Source: an uncultured Chloroflexia bacterium
GTDB lineage: Bacteria > Chloroflexota > Limnocylindria > Limnocylindrales > CSP1-4
Direction of reading: 5' to 3'
Length of the DNA: 64,000 nucleotides
Assembly: GCA_963749705.1 (NCBI GenBank)
Contig: CAVVNQ010000016.1
Span: forward strand, 32,238 to 96,237
Numbering within the stretch: the stretch's first letter is position 1; every line of letters starts with the position of its first letter. The position numbers and the translations under genes are program-made. The notes under the pieces were generated by a model. The model was not told where the DNA came from and searched no databases. It saw nothing but the letters and a program-made list of their open reading frames with translations. Below, one piece after another: positions 9,072 through 19,371 of this stretch.

Positions 9072-10447
9072 ACGACTTGATGTACCTGACCGACGACGCG
9101 ATCCGCGCCGCATTGACCCCTGCGGCCGGCGTCCGGGCGCCGTCCGACCTGGCCGCGGGCATCCGCTCGGCTGTTGCCACCACTCCCCAGGTCAGACGCG
9201 GTGTCCTCGACCTGCGGTTGACGCTGCCCATCGCCCCCGTCGTGCGAGTGGGGCTCGTCGCGCTGCTGGTCCTCGCTCTCGTGGGCGCGCTCCTGCTCGT
9301 CGGATCGCGCCGCCACGATCCGCTGATGCAGCCAGCCGTCCTGACCTACCACGGGAGCCCCGATCGCACGGGGGTGATGCCCGGGCCCGCGCCGGCCGGC
9401 AGGCTCCGGATCGAGTGGAGCCAGTCGCTGCCTGGCGGCGTGGGCGAGTCGTCGCCGGTTGTCCTCGCCGGTGTCGTATACGTGGCCGATCAGGCCGGCT
9501 ACGTATCCGCGTTCGCGGAACAGGACGGCACTCCCCGCTGGCAGGTGTCCGTTGGCGCGCCCGTCAACAGTGGGCTGTCGATCTCGAACGGGCTGCTGAT
9601 CTTCGGCGACGACGATGGGATCGTGCATGCGCTCGACATTGCGGACGCCGGCAGGGAGCGCTGGAAGATCAGCACGCTCAACCCGGTGCATTCGGTCGTT
9701 GCCGTGGAAGGTGGTGTCGGGTTCATGGGAGGGCACATCCGCCTGTACGCGTTCGACACGGCGACGGGCAGCTTCGCCTGGCCGGCGGCGACAACGCCGG
9801 GCGAGGTCAGCCGGGCGGTCGCCGTCGCGAGCGGGCTCGTGTTCGCCGGGTCGGGGGGTGCGGGACCGTCCGATCCCGGAAGCATCGCCGCGTACGATGC
9901 CGCGACCGGACGGTCCGTGTGGCGCCAGCTGCTCGAGCCCGGGAACACCTCGACCCCGTCCGTCAGCGGCGGGCGGGTGTTCGTGACCGGCGGGCTCGAC
10001 ACCAGCGACACGCCGCCCCATTACCTGTATGCGTTCGATGCGGCGACGGGAACCCCCTCCTGGCCGGCGCCATTCCACGCACCGTCGGGCGACGTCATGC
10101 GCATCGGCGCGGTTGCCGACGGGCTCGTGTTCGCCGAGGGCACCGATGGGATGCTCTACGTGCTCGACGCGGCAACCGGCGTGCTGCGGGGCGATCCGCT
10201 GCCGATCGGGTCAACGTCAACTCCCGACGGCGGCTACGTCGGCGGCGTGTTCTACGCGGCGAGCGACGACCGCAGGATCCATGCCATCGACGCCGCCACG
10301 AGCACCGAGCTCTGGAGCTTCGCGGTGACCGGTGCGCCCGGGGCTCCCGCCATCGTCGACGGCAGGATCTTCGTCAGCACCAGCCTCAACAGGCTCGAGA
10401 GCATCGCCGGTGACAACACCCCGGCAGCGACGGGCGTCGGTCCATAG
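9068..10447 (+). CDS. membrane-anchored PQQ-like beta-propeller protein, putative anti-sigma factor
   Basis: ATGA overlap with sigma; short N-terminal domain, TM helix, repeated LYAFDxATG..W blades. Confidence 0.85.
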   Translation: MNDLMYLTDDAIRAALTPAAGVRAPSDLAAGIRSAVATTPQVRRGVLDLRLTLPIAPVVRVGLVALLVLALVGALLLVGSRRHDPLMQPAVLTYHGSPDRTGVMPGPAPAGRLRIEWSQSLPGGVGESSPVVLAGVVYVADQAGYVSAFAEQDGTPRWQVSVGAPVNSGLSISNGLLIFGDDDGIVHALDIADAGRERWKISTLNPVHSVVAVEGGVGFMGGHIRLYAFDTATGSFAWPAATTPGEVSRAVAVASGLVFAGSGGAGPSDPGSIAAYDAATGRSVWRQLLEPGNTSTPSVSGGRVFVTGGLDTSDTPPHYLYAFDAATGTPSWPAPFHAPSGDVMRIGAVADGLVFAEGTDGMLYVLDAATGVLRGDPLPIGSTSTPDGGYVGGVFYAASDDRRIHAIDAATSTELWSFAVTGAPGAPAIVDGRIFVSTSLNRLESIAGDNTPAATGVGP

Positions 10448-10730
10448 TCGGCGCTCTCGCCCCCGTTGCCGGCGAAGATCGCGAGGCCGATGCGGTGATC
10501 GAGACGAGCCTCCCCCAGGGCGGCAGGCAGCGTGAGGCGACGACCCGGGTTTTGCCCGCCGGCTGAGGTTGGCCTGGCCCAACCGGCGGCTTCAGGGAAC
10601 GCCTTGACCAGCCTGCGGGGACCAGCCGTCACTGATGCGTCACGGTTGGTCATCGAGCTGACATCGCGCCCGTCGAGACTCCGGGTCCTGGATCGGCAGA
10701 CGCCGACGCAACCACAGGAATGGAGGACCC

Positions 10731-11153
10731 ATGAAGCGCATCATGCTCGCCGTCAGCGCCGGACTGCTCGCGATCTCCGCATTCGCCGGACCCGTGTCCG
10801 CGAGCCGGGACTTCGGTTCCGTCTACGCGAACGACCTCGTCTACCGCGTGTTCGGCAACAAGGCCAACGTCCCTGACGGGACGGGGACCGATCCGTTCGC
10901 GATCTTTACCAACTCCACCGCCGATGCGCAGTACGGCGTCGCCGAGTTCGCCCCGGGGACGATCGGCCACCATGGCGGCCGCTGGGCCATCTATCGCGCG
11001 ACGTGGACGACGGGCGACTCGTCGACCCGGATCACCAGCTGGTCACAGCTCGAGTCGTTCGCCGCGAGCGGTGAGCTGACGCTCACCCGCGATCCGCAGG
11101 CGGACTTCCGGTGCCCCGTGCTGGGCAACCCAACACCAATTCCGGGCGCGTGA
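10731..11153 (+). CDS. secreted hypothetical protein
   Basis: GGAGG RBS; signal peptide ending VSA; followed by a hairpin. Confidence 0.8.
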   Translation: MKRIMLAVSAGLLAISAFAGPVSASRDFGSVYANDLVYRVFGNKANVPDGTGTDPFAIFTNSTADAQYGVAEFAPGTIGHHGGRWAIYRATWTTGDSSTRITSWSQLESFAASGELTLTRDPQADFRCPVLGNPTPIPGA

Positions 11154-11176
11154 GCTGACGCTCGCATCCCACCTTC

Positions 11177-11206
11177 AAGCGGGTCGGCCTCCGGGCCGGC
11201 CCGCTT
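11177..11206 (+). terminator. terminator-like hairpin
   Basis: AAGCGGGTCGGCC-TCCG-GGCCGGCCCGCTT, 23 nt after the stop codon. Confidence 0.55.
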
Positions 11207-11355
11207 CGTGTCGGCGGCCCGGCCGGGTCGCCGGACGCCGGGCCTGATTGGCGACCGCGGCATCGATACGGCAGGCCGGACGGCCGTAGCCACTGCGTCT
11301 CCTGCGCCCTAGCATCGGGCGCCTACGCCACCGGACCACGTAGCAAGGGGGCCGG

Positions 11356-14300
11356 ATGGAGATCCGGATCCTCGGCCGCGTCGAGATCGTGGATGACGGC
11401 CGGGCGACCGCGATCGCGTCCCGGCGACAGCGCGCCTTGCTTGCGCTGCTGGTCGTCCATGGCGGACGGCCCGTATCGACCGAGCGCATCCTGGATGCGC
11501 TGTGGGGCGATTCCCCGCCTGACAGCGGCGCCGGCAGCGTCGCGTTCCACGTCTCGCGTCTCCGGGCGGCACTGGAGACCGGGAACCGCGACAATCACGA
11601 CGGCAACGCCCGGGGCCTGATCGCGACCGAGGCCGGCGGATATTCCCTACGCATCGAGCCCGACGCGATCGATGCGGCCCGCTTCGAGCGGTTGGCGCGG
11701 GAAGGTCATGAGCACCTCGCCTGCGAACCGGCCGTCGCCGCCGGGCAGCTCCGCGACGCGTTGGCTCTGTGGCGCGGGGAGGCGTTTGCGGACCTGGCCG
11801 ACCTTGCGTTCCTGCAGCCGGAGATCGCCCGCCTCCACGAGCTGCGGCTGCGAGCGTTCGAGGATCGCTTCGAGGCGGATCTCGCGCTGGGTCGTGGCCG
11901 CGAAATCGCGGGCGAGATTGCGTCGCTCGTGGCCGAGGAGCCGTTGCGGGAGCATCTCCGGGCCCAGCTGATGCGGGCCCTGTACGGCGCCGGCCGCCAG
12001 GCAGACGCGCTGCGTGTCTACCAGGAGGGGCGGCATCTCCTCGCCGACGAGCTGGGCATCGACCCATCCGCCGAGCTGCAGGCGCTCGAGCTGGCGATCC
12101 TGCGCCAGGACGCGACGCTCGATGTCACGCGACCCTCGTCCGGGCCACGCAATCCGTACAAGGGCCTCCGGCCGTTCGGTGAGGCGGATGCCAACGACTT
12201 CTTCGGACGCGAGATGTTCGTGGCGAGGCTGCTCGAACGTCTCGCCGTCGTGTCGCGTTCGGGCGGCCTGCTGCTCCTGGTCGGCCCCAGCGGAAGCGGG
12301 AAGTCGAGCGTCATCCGGGCCGGGTTGCTGCCACTGCTCCGGCCGCCGGGTCCCGGCCACGAGACGTGGCGGATCGCGGTGATGCTCCCTGGCAGCCGCC
12401 CGGAGGAGGCGCTGCTGCAGGCGTTGGACGATGTCGTCGGGAAGCGCAGGCGGCCGGGCTCGGCGACCACGCCGGAACCGACCGGCGTCGCGGCCGCGCT
12501 CTCGCGGGCGGCTGCCGCCGACCCGCGCCGGCTGCTCCTCGTCATCGACCAGCTCGAGGAGCTGTTCGCGCTTGCGACCGATCCGGCCGAACCCTCGAAG
12601 TTCCTGGGTGGGCTCGCCGCCGCCATCACCGGGCCTGCCCCGCGTCCGGCCGTCATCGCGTCGCTGCGAGCCGACTGGTTCGACCGGCCGCTGCTCAGCG
12701 CCGACCTCGGGGCGCTCATCCGGGATGCCGTCGAGGTCGTTACCCCGCTCACCCGCGACGAGCTCGAGCGGGCCATCGTGCGGCCGGCCGCCGCGGTCGG
12801 TGTCGAGCTCGAGCCGGGACTGGCCGCGGACCTCGAGGCCGACGTGGCCGACCGGCCCGGGGCGCTCCCCCTCCTCCAGTTTGCCCTCACGGAGCTGTTC
12901 GAACGAGCGGACGGACAGCGGCTGAGTCGCGCGTCCTATGCGGCGATCGGAGGGGTGGCGGGCGCCGTCGGACGACGAGCGGAGACGGTCTTCGCGTCGC
13001 TCGACCAACCGTCACGCGACGTCGCGCGCCAGCTGTTCCTGCACCTGGTTGCGGTGGGCGAAGGGCGGACCGTGGCCGCCCGCCGCGTGGTCGTGGACGA
13101 CCTGCGTTCGATCGAAGCGACACCCGAGCGTGTCGACGCCGTGCTCGACGCTTTCGGACGATGGCGATTGGTGGCCTTCGATCGAGATCCACGCACCGGC
13201 CAGGCGACAGTCGAGCCGGCACACGAAGCGCTGCTGACGCACTGGCCGCGACTTGCGGGGTGGATCCACGAGGCCGAGGAGGGCCTGTGGATGGAGGGAC
13301 GGCTGAATGCCCTGGCCGCCGAGTGGGCGACCGCGGATCGAGATCCCGGCTTCCTGCTCTCCGGCAGCCGTCTCGACCTGTTCGAGACCTGGAGCGCCAC
13401 CACCGACATTCGCCTCGACGGCCTCGAGCGCGAGCTGCTTGAAGCAAGCGTGGCGGAGCGGCGTCGGGCCGAGTCCGTCGAGCGCGATCGGCGCGACCAG
13501 GAGCGCCGGCTCGAACGCCGGGCGTCGACGCGGCTCCGGGCGCTCGTGGCGGTGCTGCTCGCCGCAGCCATCGGGACCTCGGGGTTGCTCGCCGTTGTCT
13601 GGCGTCAGGGGGAGGGCGCCCGCGAGGATGAGGCGATCGCCACGGCGCGCGAGCTGGCGGTCGCCGCGAACGGGCGCCTCGATACCGATCCGGCGCTTGC
13701 CCTGCTGCTGGCCGCCGAGGCGGCGCGGGCGACGGCGGACCGGGGGTGGATCACGGAGGAGGCCCTGGATGCACTGCACTGGGCCGTTCAACGGGCGAGA
13801 ATCCCGTACCCGTCGAGCGACGTCCCCGTTGCGGTGCGACTTGCGCCGCCCCCCAGCGATTCCCGCGGCGTCTACCTGCTGCCGGCGCGCGACCTGATCG
13901 AGCTCGCGGAGACCTCCGCCGGGCGGTCGCTCACCGCTGACGAATGCCGTACCTACCTGCACCAGCCGGCCTGTCCGGCCGCGGAGCGACGCCCGATTGA
14001 CGCGGATCTCCGGGTCATGACCGCCTCGGGCGTGGTGCCGATGACCGATCTGGCCGCCCAGGGAACCGGAGGCGTGAGCCTGCGGGTCTTCTCGCAGCTG
14101 CCCGCCGATCTTGCCGGTGCCTTGGCCGACTATGCGGCCAAGGGCGGTGCCATCTCGATCACGGATGACGGCGGCACGGGCGATCCTGGAGCCCTGGTTG
14201 AGCAGGCTGACGTTGCCATCCTGGCTCGCCCGGGGGATGTCGCTGACCTGGCTCGTGCGGGCTCGCTGCTGTCGCTGGCCGAGGTCCTGTCGCCGGCCGA

Positions 14301-15276
14301 CCTCGCGTCGGTCGAGGCGGGACCGCTGGCCGATCTCGGCCGGGTCCAGCCGTTGGACGCCGCGCGCACGCGCCTCGTCGGTGCTCCGATCGCGGCGACG
14401 GCCTCCGGTCTGCTGTGGTACCCGGCCGACGCGTTCGCCGTTGCGGGCTACGAGCCACCGACCACCTGGGAGGCGTTGGAGCAGCTCGTCGAGCGGATGA
14501 TCCAGGATGGTCGCACGCCGTGGTGTCTCGGCCTGCTTGGGGGTGAGCACGATGGGGCCTACGGCGCCGACCTGATCGAGGACCTCGTGCTCGATGGAAT
14601 GGCCGCGTCCGGCTTTGACTCCTGGGCGGCCGGGCGAAGCGGCTTCAGTGTCGGCATCGATGGTGTATTTCGCCGCTATCACGCGCTGATCCAGCAGACT
14701 GGCGCCGTCCTCGGGGGCCCAGAGACGGCAGTTCGGACGCCGGCGGCGTGGGCGGCACTCCAGATGGGCCCAGGCGAGCTGCCGGCGTGCTGGCTGATCC
14801 ATGCGAGCGGCGATCAGCGGGCGACGTGGGAAGTGGAGGTTCGCGAGGACCTCACCCCGGTCCGCCTTCCAGTCGGCGCCGCAGGTGCGAACGAGCTGCG
14901 TGGGCGTGTGTACACGCTCGTCGTGCTTCGTGACCGGCCCGAGGTCCGGAACTTCGTGCGGTATCTGCTCGGCACGGAGTTCGCGGGCCGGCTGATCAGC
15001 GAGGATTCGGGAAGTGGGCTGGTCCCGCTCGCGTCCCCGGGTGCCGGGCCGACGCGAACCATCACCGAACGGGACATGGCCGGCCTCCTGGAGGCGGCGC
15101 TGGCCGCAGGCACATTCCAGGTTGACGCGTCTGACCGGATGGCGCGGGCACTCGGCGTGATCGCATTCCCCGAATCGGCCATGCGCGTCGCCGGGATCCC
15201 GGCAGGCTCCCCGGAGGTCGCCATCGCCAGCGAGGTCGACCTGCTGGAGCGGATCCGTCTCGAGGCGCTTCCTTGA
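11356..15276 (+). CDS. SARP-family regulator: wHTH + BTAD + STAND NTPase + TM + extracellular sugar-type solute-binding domain
   Basis: EPLREHLRAQLMRALYGAGRQADAL (BTAD), NPYKGLRPF..FFGRE, GPSGSGKSS (Walker A), LLVIDQLEELF (Walker B), TM, GLLWYP..YEPPTTWEAL..PWCLG (SBP). Confidence 0.9.
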   Translation: MEIRILGRVEIVDDGRATAIASRRQRALLALLVVHGGRPVSTERILDALWGDSPPDSGAGSVAFHVSRLRAALETGNRDNHDGNARGLIATEAGGYSLRIEPDAIDAARFERLAREGHEHLACEPAVAAGQLRDALALWRGEAFADLADLAFLQPEIARLHELRLRAFEDRFEADLALGRGREIAGEIASLVAEEPLREHLRAQLMRALYGAGRQADALRVYQEGRHLLADELGIDPSAELQALELAILRQDATLDVTRPSSGPRNPYKGLRPFGEADANDFFGREMFVARLLERLAVVSRSGGLLLLVGPSGSGKSSVIRAGLLPLLRPPGPGHETWRIAVMLPGSRPEEALLQALDDVVGKRRRPGSATTPEPTGVAAALSRAAAADPRRLLLVIDQLEELFALATDPAEPSKFLGGLAAAITGPAPRPAVIASLRADWFDRPLLSADLGALIRDAVEVVTPLTRDELERAIVRPAAAVGVELEPGLAADLEADVADRPGALPLLQFALTELFERADGQRLSRASYAAIGGVAGAVGRRAETVFASLDQPSRDVARQLFLHLVAVGEGRTVAARRVVVDDLRSIEATPERVDAVLDAFGRWRLVAFDRDPRTGQATVEPAHEALLTHWPRLAGWIHEAEEGLWMEGRLNALAAEWATADRDPGFLLSGSRLDLFETWSATTDIRLDGLERELLEASVAERRRAESVERDRRDQERRLERRASTRLRALVAVLLAAAIGTSGLLAVVWRQGEGAREDEAIATARELAVAANGRLDTDPALALLLAAEAARATADRGWITEEALDALHWAVQRARIPYPSSDVPVAVRLAPPPSDSRGVYLLPARDLIELAETSAGRSLTADECRTYLHQPACPAAERRPIDADLRVMTASGVVPMTDLAAQGTGGVSLRVFSQLPADLAGALADYAAKGGAISITDDGGTGDPGALVEQADVAILARPGDVADLARAGSLLSLAEVLSPADLASVEAGPLADLGRVQPLDAARTRLVGAPIAATASGLLWYPADAFAVAGYEPPTTWEALEQLVERMIQDGRTPWCLGLLGGEHDGAYGADLIEDLVLDGMAASGFDSWAAGRSGFSVGIDGVFRRYHALIQQTGAVLGGPETAVRTPAAWAALQMGPGELPACWLIHASGDQRATWEVEVREDLTPVRLPVGAAGANELRGRVYTLVVLRDRPEVRNFVRYLLGTEFAGRLISEDSGSGLVPLASPGAGPTRTITERDMAGLLEAALAAGTFQVDASDRMARALGVIAFPESAMRVAGIPAGSPEVAIASEVDLLERIRLEALP

Positions 15277-15409
15277 TCCACAGCACCACGCGACGAGGCT
15301 GCTCATCGATCCCTCGACAATCGCTTGGCCGGCGCTCATGTGCAGGGCACATCGTGGCGCCGCTGATCCGGCCAGTGGAGGACCGGGTCGCGAGGCGGAA
15401 AGGGGTCAC

Positions 15410-15970
15410 ATGATGCGGACGAGGCATCTCGTGGCCGGCCTGCTCGCGGTCATGCTGGCCGCCTGCTCGTCGGGCACATCAGCTGCGCCCAGCGCGGCAC
15501 CGAGCATCGAGCCGACGCCACAGCGGACGCCGACGACGGCCCCGACACCCGAGCCGACGGCGTCACCCGCGCCGACGGCGACGACACCAGGGCTGAGCGT
15601 CAAGGTCACGTTCGACGGCGAGACCTGCGCCTACGTTGGTCCGACCGTGATCCCCGATGGGACGATGCTGCGGTTCGAGTACGCGCCCGACCAGGAGGTG
15701 AGGGGGTCATACCTCATCGTGTACGCGGTCAAGCCGGGGACGACTCTCGACATGGGGGGTCCCGACGGAACCGCCCTGGTGACCGAGGCCCCCGACTGGG
15801 TGCTTCAGACGACGGCCAGCTGGGTCCACGGACCCGGCACCCTCCTGTACACGGTCAGGAGCGTGCAGCACGGCAGCGACGACGTTGACTACCCGGTCGG
15901 CGGCTATCACGTCGCCTGTGACACACCGTATATGTATTTTGCCGCGCAGCTGACCGTCGCCGGCGCTTAG
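15410..15970 (+). CDS. lipoprotein with Pro/Thr linker
   Basis: Lipobox LAAC, P/T-rich linker, beta-rich C-terminal domain. Confidence 0.8.
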   Translation: MMRTRHLVAGLLAVMLAACSSGTSAAPSAAPSIEPTPQRTPTTAPTPEPTASPAPTATTPGLSVKVTFDGETCAYVGPTVIPDGTMLRFEYAPDQEVRGSYLIVYAVKPGTTLDMGGPDGTALVTEAPDWVLQTTASWVHGPGTLLYTVRSVQHGSDDVDYPVGGYHVACDTPYMYFAAQLTVAGA

Positions 15971-16122
15971 GGCCGCATCGCATCCGCGGCAGTTCGGCCA
16001 AGACCCGGTCGGGAGCCCCCGACCGGGTCTGCGTCTGTCCACGATGTCCGGGCGATCCGTTCGAGCGGCACGCCCGCGATCCGGCCGAAGGCGCCTTGCC
16101 GCCCCGGGTAGAGTTGGCGCCC

Positions 16123-17268
16123 ATGGGGACGTCCGAGCCGGCCGAGCTGAACGCCGTCACCGGGATCGTCGCACGCGAGCGGATCCGTGCCTTCGACCTC
16201 GCGGCCGGGCTCGCGGTGCTGTTCATGATCCTGGTCCACATCCTGTGGCACTGGGGTGTCCCCGGCACCTGGACCACCCCGATCGGCGAGGCGATCAGCT
16301 ACGCGGCCGGCCCCACCGCGGCCCCCGTGTTCGTGTTCCTGATGGGCGCCTCGCTGGGCGCCGCCGGCCGGGGCCGCGCTGGGCCGCTGGTCGCCCGCGG
16401 GCTGTGGCTGGTGTTCCTGGGCTACGTCCTCAACTTCCTGCGCGGCGTGATCCCGGCCACGCTCGGGGAGGCCACGGGCGTCATCACCGCGGACCAGGTG
16501 GCGCCGTACACCCAGTGGTGGCTCGCCACGACCGTCGACCTCCACCACGTCGTCGGCCTGTCGCTGGTGGCGATCGCCGTGCTCCGCACCCGATCCCGGC
16601 CGGGCTGGACCTGGCTCGGCCTCGCCGGCGCGCTGGTCCTGGTGGCCCCGTTCGTGAAGGGGATCACGTTCGGCACGCCGATCCTCGACGGCCCGTTGAC
16701 GCCGTTCATCGGCGGGGCGCCCAACGTGTACTACGCGGTGGTCCCATGGCTCGCCTACGCGCTCGCTGGTGCGGTGTTCGGCGACGTCATCGCCCGGAGC
16801 CGCGACCGGACAGGCGTCTTCCAGCGAGGCGCGCGGATCGGCCTGGTGCTGCTCGTCATCGGCGGCGTCCTGCTGCTCATGCAGCGCCCGGGGTTCGACG
16901 TCTACACCTACTGGCGCCAGCCGCTGTCGTTCGCGGTTCCGATCTTCGGCATCATCCTGCTCTGGCTGGCCCTGTGCGACTGGGTGACCCGGCATCGGCG
17001 CGTGGACCGGCACCTGGGCATCGTCTACGGCTGGAGCCACCGGGTCATCGCGATGTACTTCACGCACTGGGTCATCGTCGGCTGGGGTGCCGGCCTGGTC
17101 GGCTTCCGCGCGCTCGAGCTGGGACCGGTGCTGCTGGCGATGGCGGCGGCCGTGGTCCTGACCAGCTACCTGTCGCGGTACACGGTGCGGCTCGAGTCCA
17201 GCTGGTGGGTTCGTGGCGGCTCCGGCGGCGGGGCGTCGGAGGTCGCCGTCGAGGTGCCCGCCGCCTGA
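16123..17268 (+). CDS. HGSNAT/DUF1624-type membrane acyltransferase
   Basis: RIRAFDLAAGLAVLFMILVH, AAPVFVFLMG; multi-TM. Confidence 0.82.
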   Translation: MGTSEPAELNAVTGIVARERIRAFDLAAGLAVLFMILVHILWHWGVPGTWTTPIGEAISYAAGPTAAPVFVFLMGASLGAAGRGRAGPLVARGLWLVFLGYVLNFLRGVIPATLGEATGVITADQVAPYTQWWLATTVDLHHVVGLSLVAIAVLRTRSRPGWTWLGLAGALVLVAPFVKGITFGTPILDGPLTPFIGGAPNVYYAVVPWLAYALAGAVFGDVIARSRDRTGVFQRGARIGLVLLVIGGVLLLMQRPGFDVYTYWRQPLSFAVPIFGIILLWLALCDWVTRHRRVDRHLGIVYGWSHRVIAMYFTHWVIVGWGAGLVGFRALELGPVLLAMAAAVVLTSYLSRYTVRLESSWWVRGGSGGGASEVAVEVPAA

Positions 17269-17310
17269 CGCACCCGGGCCTCCGATGGTCCGAAGACTGC
17301 AGCTGCTGGT

Positions 17311-17336
17311 GAACGTTTCGCGCCGGTCGGATCGTC
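17311..17336 (+). promoter_or_regulatory. ECF-type promoter GAAC-N18-CGTC (possible autoregulation)
   Basis: 8 nt upstream of ATG 17345 of the ECF gene. Confidence 0.45.
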
Positions 17337-17344
17337 AGGTGGAT

Positions 17345-17926
17345 ATGACGAGTGCGCGGCTGACCCCTATCGTGAGTCGCATGGACCTGCCCGAGTCGGC
17401 GGATGCACGTCGCTCCCGGACGTTTGACGCGCTGCTCGACCGGCGGGCGCTCGACCACGCCTACCGCGTGGCGCGGATCATCCTGCTCGATCCGAGCGAG
17501 GCCGAGGATGCGACCCACGATGCCGTGATCTCGGCCTGGCGCCGGTTCGACCAGCTGCGCGATCCGGAGCGGTTCGAGGCGTGGTTCGGGCGGATCCTCG
17601 TCAATGCCTGCCGCGACCGGCTGCGAGCACGGCGGCGCCTGCCCATCTCGATCGAGACCGTCCCGGTCGGCTCGCTCGAACGTCAGGGCGGTCCGGACCC
17701 GGGCGAGCTCGTCGGTGCCTCCGATGCCATCCGGGCCGCGCTCCGGCACCTGGGGCCCGAGCATCGCGAGGTGATCGCGCTCCGATACCAGGCGGACCTG
17801 ACCGTCGACCAGATCGCCGAGCGAACCGGCGCCCGCCCGGGCACCGTGAAATCCCGCCTTCACTACGCGCTGCGTCACCTCCGCGAGAGCGTCGAGGCCA
17901 CGGACCACAGGAGCACCCTCCGATGA
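17345..17926 (+). CDS. ECF RNA polymerase sigma factor
   Basis: AEDATHDAVISAWRRFDQLRDPERFEAWF; GTVKSRLHYA; alternative start 17381. Confidence 0.92.
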   Translation: MTSARLTPIVSRMDLPESADARRSRTFDALLDRRALDHAYRVARIILLDPSEAEDATHDAVISAWRRFDQLRDPERFEAWFGRILVNACRDRLRARRRLPISIETVPVGSLERQGGPDPGELVGASDAIRAALRHLGPEHREVIALRYQADLTVDQIAERTGARPGTVKSRLHYALRHLRESVEATDHRSTLR

Positions 17927-19338
17927 CGACGAACCCGCCCGGCCGCGATCCCTTCGAGCGCGACATCCGCGCCGCCCTGGACGAGGAAGCGTCCGATCCC
18001 GCACCGGAGCGACTCGTCGCGCGCATCTCGCGCTCCCGGGCCGAGATCGGGCGGCCGGCGTCGGGACCGGCGGGGTTGTGGGCACGGATCGCCCCGGCGA
18101 TGCGCATCATCACCCCGCTGGGCGCGGTGCTCGCGGCCGTGGTCGTGGTCGCCGTCGTCGGTGGCTCGCTGCTGCGCCAACCGCTGACGGGCACCGCGAC
18201 GACATCGCCCGAGGCGAGCGCGACCCCGATCGCCTCGACGCCACCGGCCCCGTCCGTCACCCCTGCACCGAGCAGCCTCGTGCTGATCACGCCGTCGCCC
18301 CAGGCATCGGGCGGCGCTGCCGACGCGGTCCCGGCGGACTTCCAGCCCGTGTCGGTCACCTTCGTTTCGTCGTCGCGCGGTTGGGTCCTGGGAGCCGCAA
18401 CGTGTGACGGCACCCCGTGCGCGGTGGTCGTCCGGACGACGGATGGCGGGCTGCACTGGACCCGGATCCCGGCCCCGGCCACGCCGGTCGTGGTCAGCGG
18501 AGCCCCCAGTGGCGTGCGCGCCCTGCGGTTCGCCAGCGCGCTCGATGGCTGGGCGTTCGGACCGGACCTGTGGGCGACGCACGACGGTGGCGACACGTGG
18601 CACCGCGAAACCCTGCCAGGTGGGGGCACGCCCCAGGTGATGGCCCTCGAGGCGGCCGCGGGAACCGTCCACGTGGCGTTCTGGACCGGTGACGGTCCGC
18701 AGATCAGCATCGCGTCGGGGCCCATGGCCGAGGACGCCCTGCACGTCTCCCCCGCCACGGTGCAGATCGGTGCGGGACCGGTCCCCCAGACGCAGATCGT
18801 GCTCCACGGGACGGCGGGCTGGCTGGTGCAGCTCAACCGTGACGTCGTCGGCGGCGCTCGCCTCGTCGGCGGCAGCTGGCAGGCGTGGGATCCGCCCTGC
18901 CTCGGCACCGCCGGACCCGCCTGGCTTGCGGCCTCGAGCGCCACGAGTCTCGTTGCCGCCTGCGACATCGGGCTGTGGTCGACGCCGCAGGGCGTCCACC
19001 TGTTCACGTCAGCGGATGGTGGCGCCACGTTCACGGAGCAGGCCGGAGCGCTCCCGATCACGGCCCTCGCGGGGATCACGACCGCGCCGAGCCAGCCGAC
19101 CATCGTTGCGGCGGGCAATCAGGCGGACGGCTCGGCCGCCCTGATCGGCCGGTTCAGCCCAACGGCTTCGTGGACGCCGGTGGCCACGCTGGCTGGCGGC
19201 GGCACATTCTCCGAGCTCGGTTTCACGACCGACGCGCAGGGTGTCGCCATCGCGCAGGCTGCGGACGGAACGATCCAGCTGCTGATGACGCGGGATGGCG
19301 GCCGGACCTGGGCGCCCGTCGGGCTCGCCGGCGGGTAG
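17923..19338 (+). CDS. membrane-anchored Asp-box (BNR/sialidase-like) beta-propeller, putative anti-sigma factor
   Basis: ATGA overlap; TM; P/S/T linker; repeated TxDGGxxW/F. Confidence 0.85.
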   Translation: MTTNPPGRDPFERDIRAALDEEASDPAPERLVARISRSRAEIGRPASGPAGLWARIAPAMRIITPLGAVLAAVVVVAVVGGSLLRQPLTGTATTSPEASATPIASTPPAPSVTPAPSSLVLITPSPQASGGAADAVPADFQPVSVTFVSSSRGWVLGAATCDGTPCAVVVRTTDGGLHWTRIPAPATPVVVSGAPSGVRALRFASALDGWAFGPDLWATHDGGDTWHRETLPGGGTPQVMALEAAAGTVHVAFWTGDGPQISIASGPMAEDALHVSPATVQIGAGPVPQTQIVLHGTAGWLVQLNRDVVGGARLVGGSWQAWDPPCLGTAGPAWLAASSATSLVAACDIGLWSTPQGVHLFTSADGGATFTEQAGALPITALAGITTAPSQPTIVAAGNQADGSAALIGRFSPTASWTPVATLAGGGTFSELGFTTDAQGVAIAQAADGTIQLLMTRDGGRTWAPVGLAGG

Positions 19339-19371
19339 CCCCGCGAGCGGTCGCCGAGGTCGTCGCGCGGG

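Noticed and set aside
10500-10720. c-di-GMP or other known riboswitch
   Set aside because: Only a GGCAAAAC fragment on the opposite strand; the remaining consensus is missing
13012-15339. Long antisense and alternate-frame ORFs (here and throughout)
   Set aside because: Arg/Pro/Gly-rich shadow frames expected at high GC; no recognisable motifs
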